From positions 22,196,001 through 22,260,000 of the forward strand of contig JBHGNT010000004.1 in the NCBI GenBank assembly GCA_043228905.1: a DNA stretch of 64,000 bases. Direction: 5' to 3'. Source of the DNA: Azolla caroliniana. Taxonomy: Eukaryota > Plantae > Polypodiophyta. This document shows, piece after piece, positions 30,922 through 43,950 of the stretch. The notes under the pieces were generated by a model, which did no database searches, had not been told where the DNA came from, and worked only from the letters and a program-made list of their open reading frames with translations. Numbering within the stretch: position 1 is the stretch's first letter; each line of letters starts with the position of its first letter. A program made the translations under genes and the position numbers.

Positions 30922-33050
30922 TCTAGATTCCGAAAACCACATTGAAAAGTCTGTATGTATATGACGTTAAAAATATTCATCATTGATATGGAAAGCAATA
31001 TATATGATGTGCTTTCGTTTCACAATTTTTAGTGCAGAGATTGACAATTATGAGTTGATGACGTAAAGAGAGCTAATCAATTTTGTTTTTCTAGATTAAG
31101 ACCCAAGTACAAGGGCCATGAGTCAAATAATATGAAGCATTGGTTCTTGAAGCTTCATTAACTATCTCTCTCCTTTTTTCACTATGTTGTCTTCTTGAAA
31201 ATTAGTTTAATCTTTGTGGGATAGGAGTGTATTAGCATCACGATTATATGGCTATTTATCCTTTTATATTGTAGATAACTTTTTAGTTGATAAATAGGAT
31301 ATGGGCATTCCACTATTAGTGTTTTTTGTGGGATGAGAGTGTGTTAGCATCATGATTGATTGCGTAGCAATTATTCTTTTTCATCTCAGGTTACTATTTC
31401 ATCTTACGTTACTGTTTATATTTATATAGTTCTTGTCTGTTTATATTTATATAGTTGAGCACAAAATCTCTTAGTAAGAGTAGGTTAAGCTTTTTAATGC
31501 TGTAACATTTATGTCTAATAGATGGTAAGAATACGATTATGACTGCCACAAGCTCTCATATAAACTCTGAACTCCTATGAAGCTAATATTGAAGTCATGA
31601 TTATGAATGTCTCCAAACCAATTGTGAGGGTAATTTAAGCTCAATGTTTGACAAGTTGTCATTTGGAAATAGTTTTTTTTCAAGAAGAGTTATAGTTGAA
31701 ATTTTTAATTTTATACAAAAGTGTAGTCATTACTATACCTAAAAGTTTCCTCTTTACACACCTAGTAAAATTGCTAGAGAAGAAACCTTTGAAGATTGTG
31801 CATGATAAAGAAACTCTCAACTAATTTCCTAAGAATAATGATTATTGCTATATTCATTTCACAATCAAATGTAAACATTGGCAAACCTAGTGTGACAAGA
31901 TAAGGTACCTAGAATGCGCTTTTAATGATAGACACACATTGCAAAAGTACATCCAAACATAAAGGTTCTACTTAGAGCAATAGACCCAATAACCATAACC
32001 AACAAAAATAACATGATTAAATAAGGAATTTGCATGGTAAAGCGCAATATGGTATCGCTTCCATTCGTACATCATTTTAGGCGTTACAAGAATGGTGATG
32101 TTCGATCACTATGAAAGTTCTTTGTATTTTTTGGTTATAGATGCTGAACACTAAAACATTGGTGTCACAAAATCATCAAGCTTGATGGTCATGTCATTAT
32201 GGAAGCTTTGCATAAATTGGGGTTGAGATCATGAACACTAAAAGGACGGCTTTGCAATGTTCCGTAAAGAATTTCTTCACGTCTTTAGTTTGAAATCATT
32301 GCACGCCCAAAGTTTGGCTCTAAAATTTTACTACATTATTATTCGGATTTGAGATCATTGAGGTTAATGATTTGCTCCCCATAAAGAGCAGCTTCGTAGT
32401 TTGACGTACCACATTGTAAGGATAGCGTTGCCTAATGAAGGTGTTGATAAAATGGAAAGGGTGTGCATGTACTCCGAATATGCTCTCTACTTTCACAAAA
32501 AGAAAAAGAGAAGAGTTGAAGCCACGTACCAAAAAGCGGTGGTCGAAAAGAAGGGGCAAGTCATCGACACGAAGCGCACGCTGCTAAAGAACACAGAGCG
32601 AGCCGGGAAAAGGAACACAAAAAGAAGGCGAGGAAATTTGGGTGAAGTACATGTGAATAAATTAATTATAGATTGGTGGGCGAGGAAATGGATCGATCAT
32701 CATCATTGGAAGGAAGACACGTGTGGTGTGAGAGAGGTGACAAAGGATGGGACATGGCCCATGGCCCATGGCCATAGAAAATATATCCTTGGGAGAATGG
32801 AAAGAATTAAGTACATCATCATACTGAGGTGCTCTTTTCTTCTTCATTTCGTTCATCTTTCCTCTCCTTTCTATAAACATCATCAAAACACACTCTTTCT
32901 TTAACATTACAAAAAAACAAAGACAGAGCAAATAGGATACTGTGTAAAACAAAAGGGAAATTTGTTGATCTCTTATTGCTTTGCTTTTTTTCTTTTATGG
33001 TTTAAAAAAGAAAACAGAGTAAGGAGTACAGCGCACCTGCACCTTAACAA

Positions 33051-36000
33051 ATGGCTCCAAGCTCATCTCCTCGCTTCATGATTGTCTCAGACTTGGATCA
33101 TACCATGGTGAGTCAAGTCTCTCATTACATAAAAAGATTCTCGTTGTTTCTGATGTATATTTGTGTGTGTATGCATGCATGTATCTCTATACATGTGTTT
33201 GTGTGTGTATGCATGCATGTATGTATCTCTATACATGTGTTTTTGTGTGTCCATAAGAGATTTGCTCAGTCTCTTATGCATGTATGTGTGTATGAGACTG
33301 CATACTATCGATGTGATTTGTATATATGATGTATGTGTGATAGCTTATGGATATACATGTGTGCATAAACGGGCTCTCTTTTCTTCGGATGTTATGTGGA
33401 TGTGATGATGCTTATGAATGTGTGCAGTAATGAGTTCTCTTGCTTCTTTGTTTATAAGTTGAGCATGTATATACCAATCCCTTCTGGTATATGTGTGTTT
33501 ATGCGATTGATTATTGCTTGTCTATGTGATTAGATACATGTTCAGTCTTAAGGTGATTGGTTAAATCATCATCTCTTGATGTGTTCAGAAATGCAGTCCT
33601 TTTTCTTGCTACTGAGGTTTTGCCTTTTTTTCTTGTCCTTGTATAGGTAGACCACCATGACTCCAATAATTCATCTCTCCTCCGATTTAATGCACTCTGG
33701 GCTGCAAATTATTACCATGATTCTTTGTTGGTGTTCTCCACTGGAAGGTCTCCTACCCTTTACAAAGAACTTAGAAGCCATAAACCTCTACTTACACCAA
33801 ACATTACTATAATGTCGGTTGGAACCGAGATTATGTATGGTGATTCCATGGTACCTGATGAAGGTTGGAAGGAGGAATTGAACCACGGGTGGGATAGAAA
33901 TGTCGTTGTGGAGGAGACCTCTAAATTTCCACAACTTCGTTATCAGGTACTGCGCATTTTCATTTCACACTTCTGAAATACCACTCTTCAAAAGAATTAT
34001 GTTGTGTTTTAATTTTATAAAAGCTTAGGGAAGTGATGATGCTTTTGAGTTTTGGAAGCAGAATGCACAAGATGAGCTTCCACTTATAGAGCAGAGAACC
34101 TAGAGGCAATATCATGAATCAAAATTTTCTCCCTTGTACTTTAGCTGTGCAATATTAATTGTTATTGCTGGAGTGATCCTAATCACTTGTTACAATTTGG
34201 ATCAATGAGTCTCACTGGAAATGCATTGGATTTAGAATGATGTTTAGGCATTGGTTGCCAGATGGAGTATTTCTTGTTGATTATTCCAATTTGAACAAAG
34301 ATTTGAATCATAGTCCTTGAGTCTAGAGAAATCCTGTTGTTCATTTAATATTTAGGCTTTGACTAGGTGCTTTCTTATTTATGTCTTCTTTAATCAATTT
34401 AAAATTACGACTTGACAAGGATTATAACCTCTTAATATTGAGCTAAAAATACACTTTCTTCCCAAGGGTAGGCTCTAAGGTTTGTGTTATATGGGTCTAG
34501 GTTGATACAGAACAGAGGCCACACAAAGTAAGTTTTTATGTAGACAAGCAGCAAGCACAGGAAGTCATTGGCGCCCTTAATGAGAAATTCCGAGAGCATG
34601 GGGTAAGGATCCATTTTCCAAAGATCTGAATATTTTTGGTTGTGACAAAAGGATATTTTACATAGTCTTAGTCTTATTTCTCTGTTTCTTAGTCTTTTGT
34701 GCTTTCTGACAATAGCTGAAGGTGAAGCTCATATACAGTGGAGGAATTGATTTGGATATCCTTCCTGAAGGTGCAGGGAAAGGTCAAGCACTAGCATACC
34801 TAATACGCAAATTGGAAACAGAAGGAAGGCTCCCATTAAATACACTTGTTTGTGGTGATTCTGGAAATGATGCGGAGCTTTTCAATGTGCCAGATGTATA
34901 CGGTGTCATGGTGAGCATTTGATGCAATTTTTAAGAAATGCAAGTTTTCTCGAGGAAAAGCAACTTCCCTCAAAACATTGAACCAGGTTTATAGAATGCT
35001 TGAATTTTTGTCACTGTATGTTTCTAATAGCTTTTTGCACAGCGATACTCAGGAAGTGCTCTTAAATTCAACCCGGTAGTGATTGTAACTTTCTTAATGT
35101 TATAACTAAAATGTTCTTAGTTTCAGCTTTTTGGTACTTAGAATTTATCACACATACCCAATATAGAATATATCTGATATGTATTTGTTTGTCAATATAC
35201 GTACTTTCCATATGAAGTTTTCACTCGTTTTCACTATAATACTTCTATGTTGATACTCCTTTCTAGACATTTTGTACATCCCCAAATACACTTTGATCTA
35301 TAAGGAGATTTTTTGTCTCTTATCAATGTGCAGGTTGGAAATGCACAGGAAGAACTGTTGCATTGGTATGCAGAGAACGCCCGAGATAACCCTCGCATTT
35401 TCCACGCAAGTGAAAGATGTGCTTCTGGTATCATTCAGGCCATGCAGCATTTTGGCTTACAACCAAATATATCTCCTCGAGACACACAAACGCTTCTCGA
35501 AGGTAAAAACCATGAAAATGATTATGTGATGGTGGCAAACTTGGTGGTGGAATTCTATCTACTGAGGGAGAGATGGGAGCGAGGTGAGGTCGAACAGTCT
35601 GAGAATGTCCTCAAATCCTTGAAAGCTGTTACGGTAAAGAAAATTTTAACACTATCATTGTTTGGGGGCCTGATATATTTTATATTTATGCTATTGACAC
35701 CTACATTCCTTCAAAGCATTTTTGCTAACTGCTTTAAATTTTCAATTGATGCAGTCTTCGGCTTGTTCTATCATAGTTCCTTGGGGAGAGGAAGTGAATG
35801 CTCACCATCTACTTGATGAACTGAACTTAAAGTATGGCATATACAAGGAAAGTCAATATCAAACGTGGATCGATCGTCTTCGAATACGCAACATAGGTGG
35901 TGCCAATTGGCTCGTCAGATTCGATGTCTGGAAACGAACAAGTGAGTTCCGTATATTGTCAGCAATATGTAACGAAAAGTAACTGTTACTTTGCATGTTG

Positions 36001-36677
36001 CATGTGCATAGCTTAATTAAATGGATGGATGACCTTAATTAATGACATTGAATGCATATGCATGCATGTATAGATTCCTTGAAGGTCGTTAAATTCAATG
36101 TATGGATGGCTTCAAGGAAATTAACTATATGGATCGTTTGGTTTTTAAATATATGGACGAAGCTAATTATGGTATGAATATATTGTAAGTAACCCTAAAG
36201 GGTTGTTAAATGGATGTATGCATGCTGCCTTAAGCTGATTGAATATGCATGTATGGATGGGCCTAATAATGCACATGGATGTGCCTAACAATGTTAAGAT
36301 GCATATGCAAGTATGGAGGATTGTAAGATGCATATGCATATCTGGATATGCCGTTAATGTGGTTAAATTGCATATGAATGCATGCATGTATGGCTTTAAA
36401 GATGTTATCATTGAATCAATTTTGATGACAAAGTTCATTTGTTTATGCAGCGAAGCAACTCACCTGCTGCATGACTACTGCATCGGTAGAATCAGAGGTG
36501 AAGAAAATATTCTTAATTATATATTTGTTGCAACTAATTCATGGGGTTACCTTTCTGTATGAAACTGAAACAACTTATCCTTCTCTTTTCCAGAAAGGTT
36601 CAAACCGTTTGTTATGGACCAACATACATGAAACATGGCTCAAAGGGTTTGGTTCGGGATTGAATTCATTACCTTGA
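33051..36677 (+). CDS. SPP: Sucrose-phosphate phosphatase (HAD family), 8 exons
   Basis: Exons are 33051-33107, 33647-33946, 34501-34602, 34716-34910, 35334-35633, 35755-35941, 36451-36497 and 36594-36677. Motifs include [68 protein letters not shown] and the C-terminal WTNIHETWL. Confidence 0.97.
33160..33300. repeat. Purine-pyrimidine-alternating (TG/ATGC) tandem repeat in SPP intron 1
   Basis: tttgtgtgtgtatgcatgcatgta(tgta)tctctatacatgtgttt is repeated. Confidence 0.8.
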
Positions 36678-38759
36678 CATGAATTAGTTCTGTAAATTAC
36701 CCAGTGTAAAGATACTTCAAAGAATAAAATGCGGAAAATGCCTCCTTTGTATTGATTCTGAACCTTTGGAAGGGAAAAACAAAAAAACTGGCATTCCATA
36801 GGACAGGATTCAATCCACAAATTCATAATATTTATTGGATGTATTTATTGTATTTTGAACATTTCCAGGATCACAGTTATGGAAGGGGTTTACTTATCTA
36901 TTAAAGATAGCCACATTTTTAACATAGTAAAAAGTTTAACAGTATAGGATTTAGTACTTTCTACTAGGCAAAGAGTTTCAGTGTCCAAACTTCATTATCT
37001 CCACTTTGTGGTAAGACTGGCATCAATTAATCTTAAATGATTATCAATTAATTTTGATTCATTGATCCTGATTATGTATACTGAAAAATGTGCATATTAA
37101 TGTTTCCATGCTTCAGAACATCACACACAGACACACAAGTTTTCGTTGCATATTAGGGTTTTTTGCTTGGTTTTAGGGGTGTTGCATTTTGAAGCTTCTT
37201 GCTGTGTTTTAGGATTCCATATTTAGGGTTGCCTCTGGATATGTTTTAGGATTTCTGTTGTGTTTTTAGGCTTTCGTTCATGTTTTGTTTTTTGAATGTA
37301 TATTTTTCCTTGCATTTTAGTCAATTTAGGGTTTGTTGCCCCTTTTGGGTTGGTTCCTTTTCTCTTCTTTCTCTAATCCATACATAGGTAACCATATCTC
37401 TCCCTTCCAATGACCACCCATCTGGCCTCAACACATGCTATCAAACCCATGACAAACCTCAAGAAGATGAATGGAAGTTTAATGAAACCATAGCAACAAA
37501 CACCTTCTGGTTGAATATGAGGTAGCGAAAGGAAGTTGCTAATGACAAAGAGGGTTAGGTTTACCCTACATTTGAGAACATCAAAGTCAAGTTTAAAAAG
37601 GGGGTGAGCAAAATTTGCTTAAGAGGAGATAAAAGCAGATATGTTAGATGATAGACAAAAGTCAACCCAAATTGTCAAGGAAGCAAAATGAAAATCTAGG
37701 CAAAGGATTCTATATAGATACAACAATAAGAAATTGACCTTGTGCAGTCTACAATTGAAAAACATGCGAGATGAATCAATTTGTGAGCCACAATTGTTCC
37801 TAATTCACCAAATGTCACCCCCAATCTAGGATGGCAAACCCCATTCACCAAATCCTAGTGTGCAAGAGAAGACAACAATAAAGCTTGAGCCTCACCAAAG
37901 CCAAGGTCTACCTTGAGTGAAGAACTTTCAATGTGAGTCTACACACATGCAAATCAGCAAAGAAAGTATATGATGAGAGTTGGATGAATTCACACTTCTC
38001 TTTCAACAAGCATTACATCTACACGTATTGGTAATCGAATGGGATGTGAAGGCTATATACATTTGGATTAAAACTCAAGCTCTCAAAGGTGGTAGTCTAC
38101 ATTGAAATTTGTTACTTCCCTCCTCAAGGATCATAATATGTCGAAGCAAAAGACGTCAATTGCTAACTAAGAGAGACTACGAAATTGTTCAACCAAGTAG
38201 TGTCCTATTGGAGAGCATTATGTGATACCCAAGTTTAGGGGAAGCTTGGAAGATTTCAATGATAAAATGCAAATTTTATAAACACCTTACTAGCACTCTT
38301 ACATGTGAAGGCAAATTTGATTACTTACCTTATGTTGGGCCATGTAGATTCTCTAATCATTTTGCGACTTTTGTTGGGGATGGTACAAATTGGGTAGGCT
38401 CTAGTTGCCTCACCTCCTATCACATGAGGGGGTTTTGGTTTGTCCTCTCCACATGGCCTTCCCAAAGTTGATTGTGCTAAGGATTCCACACTAATTCTAT
38501 AATTTTGCTTGTGTCTCAACACTCATCATGGTTTTAGAGTTGCTTGCTCCTCTAGCCTTGTGTTAGGTTCTATAGTAATTCTAAAGTGGTCCTTGTCAAG
38601 CCTCTAGGATGTTTCTTCATGCTCTATTTTAGGAAACAATTTTTTGATGTTGACAATTTCTGCTTTGCTCCCTCTTTGTGTGATTCTCCTTGTTCACTTA
38701 CTAGTATTTGTTCCTCTAGACATCATTGTCCCTCTCTTAGTGTTAGTTTGTGTGGAGAT

Positions 38760-40414
38760 TGCGACAACTATCAAGGAAACATCATTCAATTAGGAGAGGT
38801 CAGGAAATGTATCTTTGGTGCCTTAGTCTTGTGTGGCCTCTTGTACGGGGTCAAAGTGTGGGCACTAGGGTTTTACCATGTTTACATCTAGGTTGACAAA
38901 TTGTTGGGCATACATAAGGGTTGAGTTGTGTTGAGAATCAAACCCACCATCCCCAATGCAATGCCTTTCACACTAGCAACAGACACTCTAGGTTCAAACT
39001 AGTTTTGTAAATAGTAAAAAGGGCAGTTGCCCTAAGTTAGTTCGTACTTAAACCAACCCTTTTGTAACTAAGTTACTGTTGGATGTATTTCTATCTTTTG
39101 CTAATATAGTTTTTTGTTCTCTGTCTCTCTAAGCTTTTTCTCTCTTTCTGTTTATATCTCACACACACACACACACAATTCCTTCCGTTGCACAAGATCA
39201 CCTACTCTCCATTTCTTTATATGGTATTAGAGCGTGTGGTAGTGTGATTCGCTCAATTGTGTTGTATTGTTCGCTGATGATCAAACATGATCGGCTTAAC
39301 AACAGAGGAGAAAAATGAGCACTCAGATGGGAAGCACTCTTCCCATTTCGAAACTCAACAGATCAAACTTTGCCTTTTGGGAATACAATATGCACCAATA
39401 CCTTTGTCGCTCAAGGCTATTGGAGTTACGTCGAAGGGGCTCAAGTAAATCAATCCAACCCAACACATGTTGACTACACAACTTGGGAGCAAGACACGAG
39501 TCACGTGTTGTAGTGCCTAGCATCATGTGTTCATGATCACATGTTTGGCTACATTCGAGAGGCAAAAACGTCGAAAGAAGCCTGAGGCAATCTCAAGAAG
39601 ATCTTCAACTCCCTCACCAGCTACACCTTGAAGATCAAGGAGTTGTGTGATGCCCTTGGATCAACAATGACGAAATGGTCTAGATATGCCTCAATGGTTT
39701 AGCACCACGATTCATCATGATTAGATCGGTACCACTTCATCCGAGAGTGCGTTCATGCTGGAGATGTCAACATGCAACATATCAACATGAACCTTCAGGT
39801 AGCCGACATCTTAACAAAAGCCTTAGGAATCGACAAGCTCGGGCAATTCATGTCAGACCTTGGCCTAACGATAGCCGCATTGCCGAGCTTGAGGGGGAGT
39901 ACAACAACCAACGAGTACAACGATGCAGCTGATCAGTCGATCGGAGCCGACCAAAGGAGTAGTCGAAGTAGTAGCACAACCAACAAAGGGGAGTCGAAGC
40001 ACGAAGCTGACAGTCTAATCAAACAGGGAGCACGAAGTAGCCAAACAAAGGAGAACATATACCAGTCGATCAGTCGAAGCCGATCTGACCGACCATCCAA
40101 ACATAGAGTCGAGGAATCCAGAAAGCCGAAATGAACCAAATAGCAAGATGACTCTTTGGCGATTGGAAGTTCAGTTTGAAGGGGCATGTTGAGAATCAAA
40201 CCCAACTTCCCCAATGCAATGGCTTTCACACTAGCAATGAACACTCTAGGTTCAAGCTAATTTTGTAAATAGTAGAAAAGGCAGTTACCCTAAGTTAGTT
40301 GGTACTTAAACCAACCCTTTTGTAACTAAGTTATTGTTCGTGATGTATTTCTATCTTTTGCTAGTATAGCTTCTTGTTCTCTGTCTCTCTGAGCTTTTTC
40401 TCTCTTTCTGTTTG

Positions 40415-40445
<31 letters not shown>

Positions 40446-40700
40446 ATTCCTTCCGTTGCACAAGATCACCTACACTCTCCATTTCTTTACAAGTTGTTAC
40501 CTCCTCAAGATGAAGAACCAAAAGAGAAATCAATTACTATTGCTTATGAGCATGAATTTGTATATTGGCATTATCAAGAGCATGAAAAATGTAGTTGAAT
40601 GTGTCCTTGAATTGAAAGCATATGCTCCTTGTAAACTCCCTCAAAATAATGGCAAACAAGTTTGGGAATCTAAAGATCCCCCGTAAGAAAGCCGCAAACA
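38760..40700 (+). mobile_element. RTE-like LINE remnant split by the copia insertion
   Basis: IFGALVLCGLLYGVKVWA at ~38810-38865 carries the LLYGxxxW motif also seen at ~15800. Degenerate coding-like sequence continues after 40496. Confidence 0.45.
38929..40491 (+). mobile_element. Non-autonomous, internally deleted Ty1/copia LTR retrotransposon
   Basis: The 5' LTR is 38929-39221 and the 3' LTR is 40187-40491 (TGTTGAGAATCAAACCC...TTCTTTA(T/C)A). TSD AGTTG lies at 38924-38928 and 40492-40496. PBS tggtattagagc (tRNA-iMet-like) is at 39222 and PPT gaagggg at ~40178. A gag remnant (KLNRSNFAFWEYNMHQYL) is joined to an RNase H end (YHFIRECV...QVADILTKALG). Confidence 0.96.
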
Positions 40701-40749
40701 CAAGGTGGATGGTTGACATTTTTAAAACAAGACAAGAAATAGGATGAAA

Positions 40750-43700
40750 TCACGTTCCTCAAAATGTATAAAAATACCTCATCATCATCGAAGATTTTAG
40801 GATATTGTTTCACATATTATAGGACTCGTATCACCTCAAAATACACAAGAAATACTATGGTTGGTGGCAAGGATCCATCTTTTAGATCATCTTGTTAAGG
40901 CACAATCTAATAACATTTGTAGCGATGTTCACTTGTGCTCAAATTATTCTGAAGACGTAGCCACACATTATGGTGTGCATAAAAGTGCATTTGGTTTGTA
41001 CATGACCTAAGTTTCAAGGTTGAGAAGTCACCAACAAAACATTTATGACTTGCAAGCATAGGTACATGGGTTAAACAAGGTTGAACATATGGTTACTCAC
41101 TAACCTGTACTAACATCCAATGATGTATCATGTCTCTATGTTCAACCATCCACAAAAGTTTATTGGATGGTTATGACTCCCTATTTTGTATTCTTTATGA
41201 GTAGTCTATACACAAAATGGGCTAAGACTTCTCCGATTCTTGGGAATTCAACGCTTTGATGAGCAATATTTACTAGTCAAGGTAAGGTTGAAATTATGTA
41301 AATAATTTAATTTGTTCCTTTCGAGAAGAGGAGAACCCCATAATTAGGTCGGCCAAATTCCCACATTTCCTTCTTTTCCACGATTTTGCCTTGATGAGCA
41401 ATCTAGTTCCATATCAGTACAATGTGCAAATGTTTATCTATGTATTAGATCCATAATTTGATTCAAAATAGCCCTTACTTGCAATCGATGAACACAATAT
41501 TCAAAAAGTATTTGATGTACATGCCTTTTCCTATGTACTTCTTATTGTGCATGTAATTCTTATAGATTTTAGAATGCCAAATGAGAAACTTAATACAATA
41601 TGATTTACATATGCACTTGATGAGTAGTCTTGTTCAAAATAACTATGATATGCATCCATTTTCAAATGTATTGATGATGTTTATTGTATGTACACATTTT
41701 TTCATGTGTGGTTCTTGGTGTGAATGTAATTTTTGTAGGGTTTCAAAACAACAATAACATTATGTTGATGTGCATGATAAAATGCTTCGTGAAATAGTGT
41801 CCTCCTAATCACAAGGGTCTTCTCAATCAGGTAGAATTTTGATGTGTGTGTATATAGAGAGATGGATTAGTATGTTATTAACCGCATTCTTATTGCTTTG
41901 ATGTAGGGTCACATAATTCAATCTGTACATAGTTTGAATTCTTCCATGTAGAGCATGAATATATTGTAACATTTTTAAAAACATATTACCTTCAAAGTTA
42001 TGACATGTTTCTAGCATTTTGTTGTTGGGTGTGAGTTTCTCGAATAAAAAATTGGTGTGATTGAATACATGAATATGGATCGAACACCTGAAATCAATGG
42101 AGAGTTGGTAACATGAACTACTCATTTTGATCTATCAACAAATTGATGTGCATGTGTGTAGTGGTCATGTCATGTGAATGATGCACCTACATCATATGTT
42201 CCGACTATCAGGAAAATGAAATTGAACCACAAAATGCCCAACTACTTAGGAAGTTGGTCTCAATTTCATATTTGATGTCTAACTTACAAAGAATTTATAT
42301 ATCATGACATCCACCAAAACTCTCGCCACAATGAGAGCAATAATATCATACACGTGCTTATTAGTTACATTGGATAAATTAAAGACTATCGATAAATCTA
42401 TCGCAATTTCATATTCTATGTCTAGCTTATAAAGAACATATAAATTAATGATCGTGACATGCAACCTCCACAGAAAATCTCTCCAAAATGAGACCCATAA
42501 CATCCTACACATGTGTATTAATTAACTCGGATCAATTAAGGATTAGCAATAATTAGTATGCCCTATCTTTGATAACATATTGGAAAACCTTTGAAATGCC
42601 CTTGTGTTTCTCATTATTTCTACAAATGCCCATAGATTTCTATTATTCCACCAAACATGCTTGACCAACTCCCAAAAGGCACAAATGTGGATGGGTTGAT
42701 TGTTCAAATAACAAACATAGTTGGTTTTATTTGCATTCACCAAGAGCGTTGTTTGAGGCAAACAACAAAAGCTTGAGGGCTTTTGGAGGGTTAAAGGAAA
42801 CCTCAAGGGTATGAGTCGTAGTTTTCCCCTAAATTAAAAATGAATTCGCAATAAGGACACAAGGTTTGGTGTTGAACATGTCAGTACTAGATGTACCTAT
42901 GAGGATAACGAGGGTGGTCATGAAGGTAGCGTAGTGACAACAATCAAGAACATCAATTACTTTTATGCATAATGTAAGTTTATTGTAAGGTCATATATTC
43001 ATGCAATAGAATCATTACCTGCACAAGTAAACTTTGAGTTGTCCGAAATTTTATACTAAAATATAGTTTCCTTTTTTTATGCAAAAATATGGTTTCTCTT
43101 ATGAATGAATGGAATTAAAGCAAGTTCTTGGTGTAGTTTTTGGAACACCTTTTCAGTAATCAACTCAATATTTCGTCAACTAGAAAAGAAGAAGATAGAA
43201 GTAACTATTTGTATTTCACTTGAATAACATTCATTATCTAGAGCAGTTAGCATCGGATCGTGCTCAAAAATCGTACATGGTGCTCAATTAAGCAAATATT
43301 TTCTCTCAATGAAGACTCGAGAATTTTAAGTTGTTGGTTGATTGCATATTTTATTTGTTAACTATAAGGGAACTGATGTCCCATTCCATGTTCCCTAGGA
43401 AAGGGTGACAGCTGCACATGTAAAATTTACCCGAGTACAACGTAAAATGCACACAAAACCTATTGATGATGCCAACATTTAACTTTTGATTTGGACGAGA
43501 CAACCACAAGACCTTTGACTTTAGTACCTCATCCATCTCATCAATGCACCTAGTGGAACAAACACTAATATGTACAAATGGACATCTTAATGCACTCAAA
43601 ACAATGTCCATGACGTTCACTTGGCCGATATCCAAACCACGTGTCTTCTTTCAAAAAGTTGTGCCTTTTAAAAAAAAGATGATGCACTCATGGCTGAATT

Positions 43701-43950
43701 ATTGTGTGTTCCTTTACGAAGTCTCCACTACAACTCGGTTAAAAGGGTTAGTGAAGCAATGTTGCCACATGATTACCCCCTCTTGCACCCACTCACAAAA
43801 GTGTGAAATGCCGCTTGCACATGAGCATCCCAAGATTTGTAAGTGCTGAACAACGTAAAAGAAAGGTAAGAGCATCCCAATACATTGCAAGTGTAAAACA
43901 ACGTAAAAGAAAGGTTTTGTTTCCTTCATTATGTGGATCATTTCAACAAA
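40750..43950 (-). mobile_element. Possible ancient DNA-transposon coding remnant (family unresolved)
   Basis: Broken Cys/His/Trp-rich frames on the minus strand (e.g. ERRHVVWIS, SKVKCWHHQ) and a 46-bp internal duplication at ~43823-43915. No termini were recognised. Confidence 0.22.

Noticed and set aside
32401-32904. 167-aa plus-strand ORF upstream of SPP
   Set aside because: It has a non-ATG start and no recognisable domain, and it runs through the SPP TATA-like region. The minus strand has at most a faint LINE-RT-like trace.
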